A stretch of 64,000 nt of DNA from Halobacteriovoraceae bacterium (GCA_963719505.1 CAVRCF010000001.1:1056001-1120000), one strand, 5' to 3'; shown: positions 20,087 to 31,486, counted from the first letter of the stretch. Numbers and translations: made by a program. The notes: generated by a model from the letters alone, not told the origin.

Positions 20087-20702
20087 AGAATTATTATTGC
20101 TCCTATTCTATCAAATAACCCAATTGCTCTAGGAGTTCTTGGGGTTTGTTCAGCACTTGCAGTTACAGTTCAGTTGAAAAACGTTTTAGTTATGTGTGCA
20201 GCGGTAACTCTGGTTGTGCTTTTGCAAATATGTGTGTTTCTCTCATTAGAAATCATATTCCTAGTTCAATTCGAATTATCGTTCAGATGACCATCATTGC
20301 TTCACTCGTTATTGTTGCTGAGCAATTTTTAAAAGCATTTGTTTATGATCAGTGGAAAACGATGGCTGTTTATGTTGGTCTTATCATTACTAACTGTATT
20401 GTTATGGGACGAACAGAAGCTTTTGCAATGAAAAATGGTCCAATAGCTTCTTTCTTTGATGGGATTGGAAATGGTTTAGGATACTCATTTGTTCTAATCG
20501 TTGTAGGTTTCTTCAGAGAGTTATTTGGTTCAGGAAAAATTTTAGGGTTTAAAATTTTTGAATTAACAAAAGAGGGTGGTTGGTATCAGCCAAATGGTAT
20601 GATGCTGCTTCCACCAAGTGCATTTTTTATTATTGGTTTTATTATTTGGGTTTGAGAATAAAAGATCCATCTCAAATTGAGGAGAAACTAAGATATGATT
20701 GA
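20076..20702 (+). CDS. nqrD: NQR subunit D, frameshifted near 20095, 20218 and 20652; end approximate
   Basis: [53 protein letters not shown]. Confidence 0.92.
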
Positions 20703-21307
20703 ACATTATGTAAGTCTTATCGTTAAAGCGATTTTTATTGAAAATTTAGCCTTATCGTTCTTCTTAGGAATGTGTACTTTCTTGGCCGTTTCAAAAAGAG
20801 TTTCGACATCAATAGGTCTTGGAGTTGCTGTTATCGTTGTTCAAACAATCACGATACCAGCAAATAATCTTCTTTATACTTACTTTCTTAAAAGAAGGTG
20901 CACTTGCTTGGGCAGGATATCCAGATGTTGATCTTTCTTTCTTAGGCTTGATTTCTTATATCGGAGTTATTGCAGCAATGGTTCAAATTCTTGAGATGAC
21001 ACTTGATAAGTTTTTTCCAGCTCTTTATAACTCTCTTGGAATCTTTCTACCTCTGATTACAGTTAACTGTGCCATTCTTGGTGGGTCACTTTTTATGGTT
21101 GAGAGAGATTATAACTTTGGAGAGTCTGTAGCTTACGGTTTAGGTTCAGGTATTGGTTGGGCATTTGCAATTGCTATTCTTGCAGGAATTAGAGAAAAAC
21201 TAGATTACTCTGATGTTCCACCAGGACTTAGAGGTCTTGGAATTACATTTATGACTAGTGGTCTATTTGCAATTGTCTTTATGTCATTTGCTGGTATTAA
21301 ACTTTAA
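20695..21307 (+). CDS. nqrE: NQR subunit E, one extra A near 20891
   Basis: [47 protein letters not shown]. Confidence 0.94.
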
Positions 21308-21339
21308 TTAGATAAAATAAAAAAGTATAAGGATAAAAA

Positions 21340-22564
21340 ATGACAGAAGTAATTTTAGGCGTCGTAATGTTTACTGGGGTTATTTTAGCCTTGGTTGTAC
21401 TGATTCTGGTTGCAAGAACAAAGTTGTTCCTCAAGGGGATATTCACATTATTGTTAATGGTGAAAAAGACTTAACTGTTTCACCGGGACAAAAACTTTTA
21501 AGCGCTTTATCTGGAGAAAAGATTTTCTTAGGTTCAGCTTGTGGTGGTGGTGGAACTTGTGGTCAGTGTTTGGCCCAAATTATTGAAGGTGGAGGAGATA
21601 TTCTTGCAACTGAAAAATCACATATCACTAATAAAGAAGCTCGAGAAGGCTGGAGACTTGCTTGTCAGGTAACTTGTAAGCAAGACATGAAAGTTCAAGT
21701 TCCCGATGAAGTTTTTGGTGTTAAAAAATGGACATGTAAAGTTCGATCCAATGATTCTGTGGCAACTTTTATTAAAGAGCTTATTCTTGATCTTCCTAAA
21801 GGTGAGTCAGTTCCATTCAAAGCTGGTGGATTTATTCAAATTGAACGACCTGCTGGTTTAACAATTCACTTTAAAGACTTTAATGTTGAAGACGAATATA
21901 GAGAAGATTGGGATAAATTTAATCTGTGGAGATATATTTCAATAGTGATGAAGAAACAATCAGAGCTTATTCAATGGCCAATTACCCTGAAGAAGAGGGA
22001 ATGATTATGCTGAATGTTCGTATCGCAACTCCTCCTCCAAGAGCTCCTGAAGGAACACCTCCAGGAGCTATGTCATCTTATATTTACAATCTTAAAGCAG
22101 GTGACGAGTGTATAATCTCTGGACCATTTGGTGAGTTCTTTGCTAGTGAAACTGATAAAGAGATGGTCTTTGTCGGTGGTGGAGCAGGTATGGCTCCAAT
22201 GAGATCACATATTTTTGATCAACTAAGACGTTTAAATTCGAAAAGAAAGATGACTTTTTGGTATGGAGCAAGATCTAAACGAGAAATGTTCTACGTTGAA
22301 GATTTTGACACTCTTGCACAAGAGAACGATAACTTTGAGTGGCACGTTGCGCTCTCTGATGCTCTTCCGGAAGATAATTGGGATGGTTATAAAGGGTTTA
22401 TCCATAACGTCGTTTTAGAAAACTATTTAAAAGATCATCCAGCGCCAGAAGATTGTGAGTACTATCTGTGTGGTCCTCCAATCATGAACCAATGTGTGAT
22501 GGATATGCTTCTTGATTTAGGAGTTGAGCCTGAAGATATCATGCTTGATGACTTTGGTGGATGA
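21340..22564 (+). CDS. nqrF: NQR subunit F, frameshifted near 21426 and 21941
   Basis: N-terminal [12 protein letters not shown] 2Fe-2S motif, [34 protein letters not shown]. Confidence 0.94.
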
Positions 22565-22591
22565 TAAAAAGAAATTGATAAATGATAAAAG

Positions 22592-22620
22592 AAAAGCCCC
22601 AGTTAATCTGGGGCTTTTTT
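22592..22620. terminator. Bidirectional intrinsic terminator
   Basis: AAAAGCCCCAG-TTAAT-CTGGGGCTTTTTT between convergent nqrF and the CheB/CheR gene. Confidence 0.85.
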
Positions 22621-22636
22621 ATTTGTGGAAAAATCT

Positions 22637-25600
22637 TTATAAAACATAAAAGCTTATAATAGCTCCATTAAACTGACCGTCATTCCAAACTGGAGATCCA
22701 CTTACACAGATGGATACAGTTTTTCCATCACCCGTTTTAACGGTTATTTTTTGGTTACTTACATTTTCTTTATTATTGATGACCTTATATGTAACTAAGT
22801 CCTCTCTTTTAAGAAGCTCACCCTCAAGATCTTTTACTTCCCATTTAGGGTTATCAAAAGATCTTTGATAAATCTCATCCTTATCCATTTTTAGAGATTT
22901 TATGGCGAAGTCATTTGCGAACTCAATTGATCCCTCTTTGTCGAAGACAATCATAGGCATTGGGTTATTCTCAATGAGAGCTCTCAGAGTTTCCAGTTCT
23001 CTTTTTATTCTATCTTCATCTTTTTTCTCTTCTCGAGGTTTAAATAAGGTATATCTTATTCCAGATAAGCGGCCGGCATTATTGTAACGTCCGTTAGCGA
23101 TGAGAGTAACTTGAAGTTCCTCATCATTGTTGTCGAGTCTGTATGTCTCGCTTATGTAAGCTGGAAGCCCATTATCAATTTGCTTTCTAACAAGACCGAT
23201 ATCATTTTGGGCCTTTAATGGGATAAGAATTGACTCGTGAACTCCCAAGGCTTTATCCCTATCAATTTTAAAGAATCTCACTGAAGAATCAGGCCAATAG
23301 TCAATCCGTCCTTCTGGGTCTACACCATAAGTGATTTGATCTTCAGAGAGTAAAAACTTGAAAAGTAGGTCTTGAGATTCTCTGACTGCTTTAAGTTCAG
23401 AAATATCGATGACCATAACAACAACACCATCTTTAATTCCCTCATAAGACTCGTAAGGATGAATTTTTACGAGAGACCATAAATCAGTATTAATTTTAAT
23501 CTGCTTCTCTATTGGTTCTCTCTTTTCAATAACTTCTTTACAGTCATTGAAAAAATCCGCGTATATAGGTTTACTAAAATCTGAGATTTGCCTGCCGACA
23601 TCACCTTCGCGAAGTTTGGCGATTTCCATCATTCTTTTAGATACTTTTCTGATAACCATTGTTGAGTCTAAGAAGAGTGTCCCTATATGAGCTATCTCCA
23701 AGATTGTATCGAGATCTTTTCTTCCCTCAGAGATCTCATCAATCTTGTTCTGATACTCAGAGTTCATCGTATAAAGCTCTTCGTTTACTGACTGGAGCTC
23801 TTCGTTAACAGACTGAAGCTCTTCATTTGTCGTAACGAGTTCCTCATTTGAGCTTTGCAGCTCTTCATTAGATGACTCTAGGTTTTCAACGGTAAAGTTC
23901 AAGTCTTTTCTGCTTTGATCAAGCTCTTCTAAAAGTCCTTCGACAACATCTCCACTTGACTCAGTGTTTGTGGGTCTATCTTTATTTTCTTCTACGGGAG
24001 CTATTTGAATGAGAAAGATTTCTCCGCTGGCCTTCATGACTTTTTTTAGGGCAGAGACTCTTAAAAGTTGTCCGTTGAGCGATATGTTTGACTGGGCTTT
24101 GTGAGCATTTTCATCGACAGTTATTTGTGAGTTGCTAATCTTTTGAAATCGCTTCATTAAAAGTAAAACAGCTGTTTTTAACTCTGGTTTTAAGACCTCA
24201 TAAATCGTTTTTGACACAGATCCGGCTCTAAGTGTTGTGTAATGATTTACATCTCCAGCAATATGAAGAAGATCTCCATTGATATTAATCGCAAATGTTG
24301 GAGTTGATATTTCCTCTATAATTGCGTGCTCAATTGATGAGGATGATATGGCCATGGGTCTTTTAGAGTCACCATTTTGCTGTGTCGTCTTTGTTCTGAC
24401 TGATCGAGTTTGGATGACATCAAACATTCTTGATGAGGTGAGATTTGATACCTTTTTAAAAATTTTTGCTTTTTGATCTATCGTCTCTATACCTGGAGAG
24501 GTAGGTGCAGATTCACTACTTCCCAAAAAGAGATATCCATCTCTGAGCAGACTATGTTCTAAGATCATGACCGTCTCTTTTTGAGCTTCTTTGTCAAAGT
24601 AGATGGCACAGTTTCTAAAAGAGATGAGATGCATTCTTCCAAAAGGAGGGTCTGATAGTAAGTCGTGTTTTGAGAAAACGACCTTGTCGCGAATTGATTT
24701 TTTTATTCGAAAGCTACCACCAGAAATTTCTTCAAAATATCCAGCCCTATATCCTTCAGGAACATCTGAAAGAGCACTATTTGGATAGGTTGCATCTTGA
24801 GCTTTTGCAATGGCTCTTTCATCAATGTCTGAGCCGAATATTCGAAAATCTAGTGACGATTTTTCTTTTTTGATGGCTTCGGTTAGGAGAATCGCTATTG
24901 AGTAGGCTTCTTCTCCACTTGAGCATGCCGGCACCCACACTCTTAGTTTCTTATCAGAGATATCCATTTTGACTAATTTCTTTATCGCTTTCTCTACAAG
25001 GGCTTCAAAGAATTCTGGATCGCGGAAAAAAGACGTAACACCTATAAAAAAATCGTTCGCGAGATTTCTAGATTCAATAGGGTCAGTTTTAAGTCTCGCT
25101 AAGTAGTCCTCAATAGAACCAAGTCGGCTCAATGCAACTCTTTTTGCAATTCGTCTTTTGAGCGTTCCTTTTTTGTATCGAGTAAAATCAATGGAACAGG
25201 ATTCTGATATTTGTTTGATGATCTCTTCAAATGAATAATCTTTCTCTGAAACTTCTAATATTGCTTTTTTTGAATTTTTGCTTACTTCAATAAGCTCGAG
25301 TATTTCCTCGGGAAACTCATCTAGCGTTGTAACGATATCGGCGAGTTCGTTTTTAATAATAGCGGCAGGCATGCTTGCAAACTTTGCATCGTGAGGAGCT
25401 TGTGCCATGACAAAGCCACCCTCCTCTTTAATTGCCCTACAACCTCTTACCCCATCTGTCCCACTTCCAGACAAAATAACCGCAACAGCTTTCTCGCACT
25501 GATCTTTTGCGAGGGATTCTAGAAATATATCGATTGAGTGGAGGGGAGTTCTATCTTCAAATTCCCCGTACTTTGTTAATTTTATCTTGCTGTCTTCAAC

Positions 25601-25861
25601 TTCTAGCTTTGTTCCCGGAGGCGGTAGAAAGATTCTATTTGAGCTCAATGACATTCCCGTTTCGGCTTGGACGATTTCAATGTCAGTGAGGTTTTTTAGA
25701 ATGTCTGGCATATGCGAGCTATGGTTTGGAGATAAGTGCTGCATGATAATATAGCAACAATTGTCAGCCGGAAGTTTTCCAACAATGGACTTTAAAGCCT
25801 CCACTCCACCAGCGGAGCAACCAATTCCAACAACTACTTCAAAATGTCTATCTCTCGCCAT
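22637..25861 (-). CDS. CheB methylesterase / CheR methyltransferase fusion with coiled coil and PAS domains
   Basis: GCSAGG, MQHL and GSGTDG (CheB triad); PACSSGEEAYSI (CheR); NEELQS heptads; C-terminal PAS domains; no kinase domain. Confidence 0.92.
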   Translation of the reverse strand: MARDRHFEVVVGIGCSAGGVEALKSIVGKLPADNCCYIIMQHLSPNHSSHMPDILKNLTDIEIVQAETGMSLSSNRIFLPPPGTKLEVEDSKIKLTKYGEFEDRTPLHSIDIFLESLAKDQCEKAVAVILSGSGTDGVRGCRAIKEEGGFVMAQAPHDAKFASMPAAIIKNELADIVTTLDEFPEEILELIEVSKNSKKAILEVSEKDYSFEEIIKQISESCSIDFTRYKKGTLKRRIAKRVALSRLGSIEDYLARLKTDPIESRNLANDFFIGVTSFFRDPEFFEALVEKAIKKLVKMDISDKKLRVWVPACSSGEEAYSIAILLTEAIKKEKSSLDFRIFGSDIDERAIAKAQDATYPNSALSDVPEGYRAGYFEEISGGSFRIKKSIRDKVVFSKHDLLSDPPFGRMHLISFRNCAIYFDKEAQKETVMILEHSLLRDGYLFLGSSESAPTSPGIETIDQKAKIFKKVSNLTSSRMFDVIQTRSVRTKTTQQNGDSKRPMAISSSSIEHAIIEEISTPTFAININGDLLHIAGDVNHYTTLRAGSVSKTIYEVLKPELKTAVLLLMKRFQKISNSQITVDENAHKAQSNISLNGQLLRVSALKKVMKASGEIFLIQIAPVEENKDRPTNTESSGDVVEGLLEELDQSRKDLNFTVENLESSNEELQSSNEELVTTNEELQSVNEELQSVNEELYTMNSEYQNKIDEISEGRKDLDTILEIAHIGTLFLDSTMVIRKVSKRMMEIAKLREGDVGRQISDFSKPIYADFFNDCKEVIEKREPIEKQIKINTDLWSLVKIHPYESYEGIKDGVVVMVIDISELKAVRESQDLLFKFLLSEDQITYGVDPEGRIDYWPDSSVRFFKIDRDKALGVHESILIPLKAQNDIGLVRKQIDNGLPAYISETYRLDNNDEELQVTLIANGRYNNAGRLSGIRYTLFKPREEKKDEDRIKRELETLRALIENNPMPMIVFDKEGSIEFANDFAIKSLKMDKDEIYQRSFDNPKWEVKDLEGELLKREDLVTYKVINNKENVSNQKITVKTGDGKTVSICVSGSPVWNDGQFNGAIISFYVL

Positions 25862-26081
25862 GCGTTACCCTTGCCATCGACCATAAGTAAAGGACAATTA
25901 TAGTGCAGTTATCGCTCAATTTCTACCGAATGTTAGTAAATATATGGACTAAGTTTTCTGGCTTTAAAGATGAGGGGAGTTGCCACAAAGAACCTTTATT
26001 GGTAGCTATAGTGCTCTATGGTGCGAGTTAGTTCCTGTTGGTGCGCCGTGTAGATAGAACCGAAAACTTGAGGTTACATTT

Positions 26082-27594
26082 TTGAACGGTAATGAAGACA
26101 ATATATTCTTGAGTCGATTCTTAGAAGCTTTACCTATAAATACGTTTGAGGTGGATCCTACTGGTGAGTACAAGGCCCTTAAGGATACTAATGATGATCT
26201 ACTTGTCGAAGTAGATCAGAGAACGGGAAATTTCTGGTCTGATATCAATGACCAACTAAGCGAAACTTTGTGGAACCGATACAGGCACTCACAAAAAGAA
26301 TCAAGAGCAATTGAAGAAGAATTTAGTTTCTATAAAGCTGAAGGTGAAATCGTTTGGCTTAAGGTGACTATCGTCGCAGGTCACGAAATATCTTACCTCT
26401 CATACGAGAATATTACTGAGAAGAAAAAAGATTTAGCAAAAATCATGCGTGATGAAAGAATTTCGACTATCGGTATCCTAGCCGGAGGCTTGGCCCATCA
26501 ATACAACAATCTTCACCATGCCGTTATGGCCCATTGTTTTCGAAGCAAGGCAAGAAGATATTTCTGAAAATGCAGATCGAAAGCTTAACTCAGCAACTTC
26601 TATGTTAGAGCAAGGGTCAAATCTATCAAGAAGCTTAATGAGTCATTTGCGTGACTCTGATCAGGATTTCACCACAGAGATGAGCTCTGATGTCATGGAC
26701 AGAGTGGCCATGCTTGTTAAAGACGAGCTGATGAAACTTAACTGTAGACTAATTCTTGAGGGAGATTCATGGCCTATTATTTGTAAGCCAACTTCTTTAG
26801 ATCAAGTCTTGGTAAATCTAATTATAAATGGTGCTCATGCCTGTTATGAAACAGATGAGACTGGCGTAGTAAAAGTATCAATTTCTCAAGAAGAGGAAAG
26901 TGATTTTGTTCAAATTCGAGTCACCGATAATGGTGTCGGCATAGCAAATGAAAATATAAATAAGCTTTTTGCCCCACTTTTTTCGACTAAAGGTGTCTAT
27001 GCAACTAAGAGTTCTAAAGCGTCAAACCTCAAAGGGACAGGGCTGGGACTTCATTTAGCAAGACAGTTAGTGAGTGAGCAAAAAGGTGATTTAAGATTGG
27101 AGAGTACCTCTTCTTCTGGAACGACCTTCCTTATTAAAATCCCTCTAGGTGAGGTTGCTGACCTTGTTATAAATAATGGCGATCAATTACCTGAAAAAGT
27201 AGACGACAAAAAATTTAAAATTTATGTTGCTGATGATGCCAAAGAGAATAGGGCAATCCTTAAAGTGTATTTAAAAGACAAAGCTTTAAGTTTTATGGAA
27301 GCTGAGAACGGAGAGATAAATGAGGAAGAAATTTTAAAATTTAATCCTGATATTATTTTTGTTGATTGGCTTATGCCTAGGTTTAACGGCAACGATTTTT
27401 TAAGTTATATGGCTTCTAATGAAAAAATCTCACATTTAATGGAGAGAGTTGTTATTTTGTCTGGCTTGGATTTGTCGGATGAAATTTCGAGATGGAGCTC
27501 CAAGGTCAGAGCTGTAGCTAAAAAACCTATTTCTCAAACTAAGCTTATAGGGCTTCTCGAAGGACTAAATGTTAAACGCCACTATTTATCGTAG
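26082..27594 (+). CDS. Hybrid sensor histidine kinase / receiver, one frameshift (extra C near 26531)
   Basis: LAHQYNN H-box in the first ORF. NLIINGAHA, DNGVG, FSTK, GTGLGL and a receiver (DD...DWLMP...K) in the second ORF. Confidence 0.88.
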
Positions 27595-28003
27595 TCGCAT
27601 AAGGCGTGCTCTCAATGAGCAAGAACTTAATGAGCTCATTTCTGTAAGTAATAAAACAAATAAAAGACTTGGCCTGTCTGGGTTTCTTTGTCGTACTGAA
27701 AATTACTATGTTCAATACCTGGAAGGAGAAGATCTGGCCTTAAATCTTGTGCTAAAAAAGATTTTAAAAGATGATCGCCATTTTGATATCATCATCGAAG
27801 AGGTTCCTATTGATACGAGACGGTGCACTGATTGGGGAATGGTACAGGTGAGTGGTCTGTTGGAAGGTGGCATTACATTTGCCCATTTGATGGCAGATAT
27901 TTTAGGAAGGTCAAAGAGTGTGGAAAAGCTGGAACTAAATAAAAACATTATTAATCTCGTTGAAAAACAGATTGAATTATCATCTTTAGACAGTAGTTAT
28001 TGA
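27569..28003 (+). CDS. BLUF-domain blue-light photoreceptor
   Basis: IYRS (Tyr), N...GLSGFL, VQYLEG (Gln), DDRH and WGM. Confidence 0.9.
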   Translation: MLNATIYRSRIRRALNEQELNELISVSNKTNKRLGLSGFLCRTENYYVQYLEGEDLALNLVLKKILKDDRHFDIIIEEVPIDTRRCTDWGMVQVSGLLEGGITFAHLMADILGRSKSVEKLELNKNIINLVEKQIELSSLDSSY

Positions 28004-28012
28004 GGTCTTATT

Positions 28013-28177
28013 ATGAATATGGAATCTATTAAAACTTTTCTTATTATCATTGCTGTTATTGTGGCTTGTGCTATAGGATATAATGCTTTTAAGTTTGATG
28101 GTGAAATTGAAAAGCCGGGCATGACAAAAAAAGAAATGCAGGAAAACTTTGAAAATAAACCTTATCTCAACCGATAA
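28013..28177 (+). CDS. Small single-TM protein (54 aa), absent from the ORF track
   Basis: GAGG RBS; MNMESIKTFLIIIAVIVACAIGYNAFKFDGEIEKPGMTKKEMQENFENKPYLNR*. Confidence 0.65.
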   Translation: MNMESIKTFLIIIAVIVACAIGYNAFKFDGEIEKPGMTKKEMQENFENKPYLNR

Positions 28178-28277
28178 CTAAGTATCCATTTTTTATATGG
28201 ATTAGCTCTATCTATTAAACTTTTATATCCCGTCTTTATCAACTATAAGTGGTCCATCATCGAAACTTGGAGCTTGT

Positions 28278-28676
28278 ATGAGATTAATTCTTTTCACTAT
28301 CATTTCATTAAACATTTTTGCTTTTTCTTCAAATCCTGAATCTATCGAGCAAACCGCTTTGGCAAAGCTATTGAAGAAGCTGACACTTGAGACTTGGGAG
28401 AGAGGTCACGATCAAATCGAGATAAGCCAGGAAAAGTTTAGCTTCGCTAGATTTAACAGCTTTTTAGAGACGGAGATGATCCATATGGAAGAAGAATTAT
28501 ATGAGGAAGATATTATTCAGTATAATGCATGTCTGTTAAAAGAGACTTGCAGTCTGTACAAGATCAATGTCGCTTCGGAGTTCTATGGCGGATTTGGTTT
28601 TGATTATCACTTTGCTCGTCTTGATTTGGAGACAGGAGAAATCCTTGTCAAAAGCTACGTCGGCTATAACGAGTAG
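28278..28676 (+). CDS. Hypothetical secreted acidic protein
   Basis: GGAG RBS and signal peptide. Confidence 0.7.
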   Translation: MRLILFTIISLNIFAFSSNPESIEQTALAKLLKKLTLETWERGHDQIEISQEKFSFARFNSFLETEMIHMEEELYEEDIIQYNACLLKETCSLYKINVASEFYGGFGFDYHFARLDLETGEILVKSYVGYNE

Positions 28677-28677
28677 C

Positions 28678-29121
28678 TTAATTATTTAAATAATCTCTGA
28701 TCTTTTCAACTCTTTTTCTGTTGGCCCCCATGTCTGAATATCCAACTCTCGATGCACTTCTAATTGAGAGTTTATCTCCATTGAGCATAACTTCAATATC
28801 ATCAACATAGCCCATTATTTTAGATTTAAAAGTAAAGTGAGAGTAGTTACCATCTGTTTTAATCAGACTGAGCCCAAACTGCTCTAATTTTGTATTTATT
28901 TCTTCTAGTGTGAGGATTGTATCGATTGGTTTAATGGCATGCTTCTCGTCTGAGTTCGTCGTCGAGACACAGTTGGGTTTATCAGGACACTCCATTAAAG
29001 TTCCCTTTTTCACACCTGTTTCGATTTGTTTTTTTTCACTATAGATACCCATTCCCTTGAAGTACCCAAAACCAATAACAAGGACAATCGCGACAGAAAT
29101 CATAACTTTACCTTTTTTCAA
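28678..29121 (-). CDS. DUF1499 family protein
   Basis: LMECPDKPNCVS, YVDDIE, RSASRVGYSDMGANRKR. Confidence 0.92.
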   Translation of the reverse strand: MKKGKVMISVAIVLVIGFGYFKGMGIYSEKKQIETGVKKGTLMECPDKPNCVSTTNSDEKHAIKPIDTILTLEEINTKLEQFGLSLIKTDGNYSHFTFKSKIMGYVDDIEVMLNGDKLSIRSASRVGYSDMGANRKRVEKIRDYLNN

Positions 29122-29181
29122 AACTTCTCCAGGGGATAAAATTGTGTTACATAGTTAATTGTTACACAATTTAGGGGTTTT

Positions 29182-30171
29182 ATGAAGTCTATAGTTTTTC
29201 TTTTATTTGTCTTTTTGTCTTTCTCTTGCTCTAAGAGGGCAAAAGTTTTTGATTTTAAGGGCACGACCATGGGAACTTACTATTCTGTGAAGATTGCCAC
29301 TTCAAAGATTGATGAAGATCTTATGAGTAAGCAGATTGAAGTCGTTTTAAAAGAAGTGAATCAAGTCTTTTCAACCTATATAAAAGAGTCAGAGGTCTCT
29401 CGTCTCAACACTTACGCCCTAGATGGACCTGTAGAGATTACTCCTGTTATGAAGGAGTTGATTCTTTTATCAAAAAAAATTAGTAAAGAATCTGATGGCT
29501 ACTTTGATCCTACGGTAGGCCCGCTAGTAAATCTTTGGGGGTTTGGCCCATGATGGCAAAAGAAAGAAACCAACTGATGAAGACATTGAACAAGTGATGT
29601 CATCTATAGGGATTGATAATATATCAATTCAAGGCAATCAGTTATCCAAGCGATCAGCGAAAATTTATTTAGATTTTTCCTCTATTGCGAAAGGCCAAGG
29701 GGTTGATGATGTAGGGCTCGTTTTGGAGAGTAGGGGATTTAAAAACTACTTAGTTGAAATTGGTGGAGAAGTTCGTGCTAGAGGAAAGAAGCCCGACGGA
29801 AGTCTTTGGGCCATCGGAATTGAAAAGCCCTCTGAGAATTTGGGACAAACCATTCAAAAAGTTGTGAATTTAAATAATCAAAGCATTGCTACTAGTGGTA
29901 GCTATAGAAACTATCTAAAGTATGGAAATGACGTCTTTTCACATACCATTAGTCCAAAAACAGGACGGCCTATTCAGCATGAATTGGTCTCGGTGAGTGT
30001 GATAGCTGAAAACTGTGCTAAGGCCGACGGTTGGGCTACAGCTCTTATGGCCATGGGGCCTAAAAAGGGTTAGAAAAAGCAAATGAGCTTGGACTCAAAG
30101 CGTATTTTCTAGTAAAAGATAAAGAGAGTTTTAAAGAACTATCGACGACAAACTTTGGGAAGTCTTTATGA
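29182..30171 (+). CDS. apbE: FAD:protein FMN transferase ApbE (lipoprotein), frameshifts near 29551 and 30070
   Basis: [60 protein letters not shown]. The natural C-terminus continues in a shifted frame to TGA at 30171. Confidence 0.93.
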
Positions 30172-30365
30172 ATATAATGTTAATTACTGTTGCTGTTTTT
30201 GGAATCGCTTTTTTTGGTCTAGCGATTGGGGTTATCATTTCAAATCGAACAATCAAAGGTTCTTGTGGTGGCATTGCAAATCTAATGGGTGAAAGTGGTT
30301 GCGATATTTGTGAACTTAAAGATAAGTGCGAAAAATCTGGCAAAGAACTTTGCGAAGAAGGTTAA
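30168..30365 (+). CDS. nqrM: Na+-NQR maturation factor NqrM (DUF539)
   Basis: TM helix then IKGSCGGI...CDIC...C; follows apbE. Confidence 0.9.
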   Translation: MNIMLITVAVFGIAFFGLAIGVIISNRTIKGSCGGIANLMGESGCDICELKDKCEKSGKELCEEG

Positions 30366-31432
30366 TAAGCATTTATTTCATAAGTTGAATCAAGCAGTCT
30401 TTTCGCTTCTACCCAACAACCTAAAACTTTTGATTCTCTCTTTTCAAAAGACTTTTTAGTACAGTCAGATCTCTTACCACTTTCTTTATTTTCACATAAA
30501 CATGTAATCGATTTATCGGGCCAATAGTCTTTCCCATAGCTATTTCTTACAAGAATTTCACAGCGATTTTGATGATTCCTAATCCCAACAATATTGGCAT
30601 AATGGGCTCCACACTTTGTAGAAAAAGATTTAAATATTCTAGGCATGAATCCAATTGGATCGGTTTTTAAAAATCCAGGGTCATAAGTAACATCAGGACA
30701 GTGACCAATAGAGAGAGTCTTGTGCTCGGAAAGTTTTGAGGTTATGACGTCTATAAGAACATCATTTGATTCTATACCCATGCCGTAGGATTTGAGGGAG
30801 GGCACAGAGTGACTAAGATTGTCTTCACAGCCATTAAAGACATGAGCTTTTAGAAAAGGGAAGAGTTTCAAATCTTTAGTCTTTCCCTTTATAGCACCAA
30901 GCACTGTTTCCACTTGAGTTCGATTCCAAGAATAGTCTTCAGAGCTTTTACTCAAACGGTTAAGAGTACTATTGATATTGTCTTGCCAAGAGTCTGAATC
31001 ATTTTTTGCTTTAAAAAATTCTTTATAAAGAAAGAAAAGCTTATCGTCAGTATAATTCACTCCAGACTTGAGCTTTGTTAATTTCTCATTGATAAAATTA
31101 ATATCGCAGACGCCATTTTTTTCAATGTCTTTATGGGCCCAAGTTAAAAATGAAAAATCTAGATTTTGTGGCTTCCAGTGGATGCGTCTATTCTTGTGAA
31201 TAAAGGCAATCCAGTAGGGATGAATAAAGTCTTTTGGATCGTCTTGTTCAAGGTTAAAAGTTGTACTGCTTGCATGAGCATAGCAGGTATTCATATCACC
31301 TTGATCTTTAATTCTTATAGAATTTAAATTTTCATTGAGGTCGAAAAGATTGATATCTGCACATAGCGTCGTCGTTCGATGCAATACCGTGGTATAAAAT
31401 AGTACTAGTAATAGAGTCGTGAATTTTTTCAT
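30362..31432 (-). CDS. Secreted papain-like (C1) cysteine peptidase
   Basis: Signal peptide; [14 protein letters not shown] (oxyanion Gln, catalytic Cys), AHYANIVG (His), LVRNSYG (Asn). Confidence 0.85.
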   Translation of the reverse strand: MKKFTTLLLVLFYTTVLHRTTTLCADINLFDLNENLNSIRIKDQGDMNTCYAHASSTTFNLEQDDPKDFIHPYWIAFIHKNRRIHWKPQNLDFSFLTWAHKDIEKNGVCDINFINEKLTKLKSGVNYTDDKLFFLYKEFFKAKNDSDSWQDNINSTLNRLSKSSEDYSWNRTQVETVLGAIKGKTKDLKLFPFLKAHVFNGCEDNLSHSVPSLKSYGMGIESNDVLIDVITSKLSEHKTLSIGHCPDVTYDPGFLKTDPIGFMPRIFKSFSTKCGAHYANIVGIRNHQNRCEILVRNSYGKDYWPDKSITCLCENKESGKRSDCTKKSFEKRESKVLGCWVEAKRLLDSTYEINAY

Positions 31433-31486
31433 GACACTAGTCTAGGACGTGAAATTAAAAAATCAACCGAGTGTAAGACTCAGGAA

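Noticed and set aside
18102-22564. Programmed ribosomal frameshifting or phase variation in nqr genes
   Set aside because: There are too many sites, in both directions, in runs of only 2-4 bases, without slippery heptamers or long SSRs.
23770-23880. Imperfect 21-bp tandem repeats (possible CRISPR or VNTR)
   Set aside because: They encode the standard NEELQS coiled-coil heptads of CheB/CheR fusions; there are no unique spacers or cas genes.
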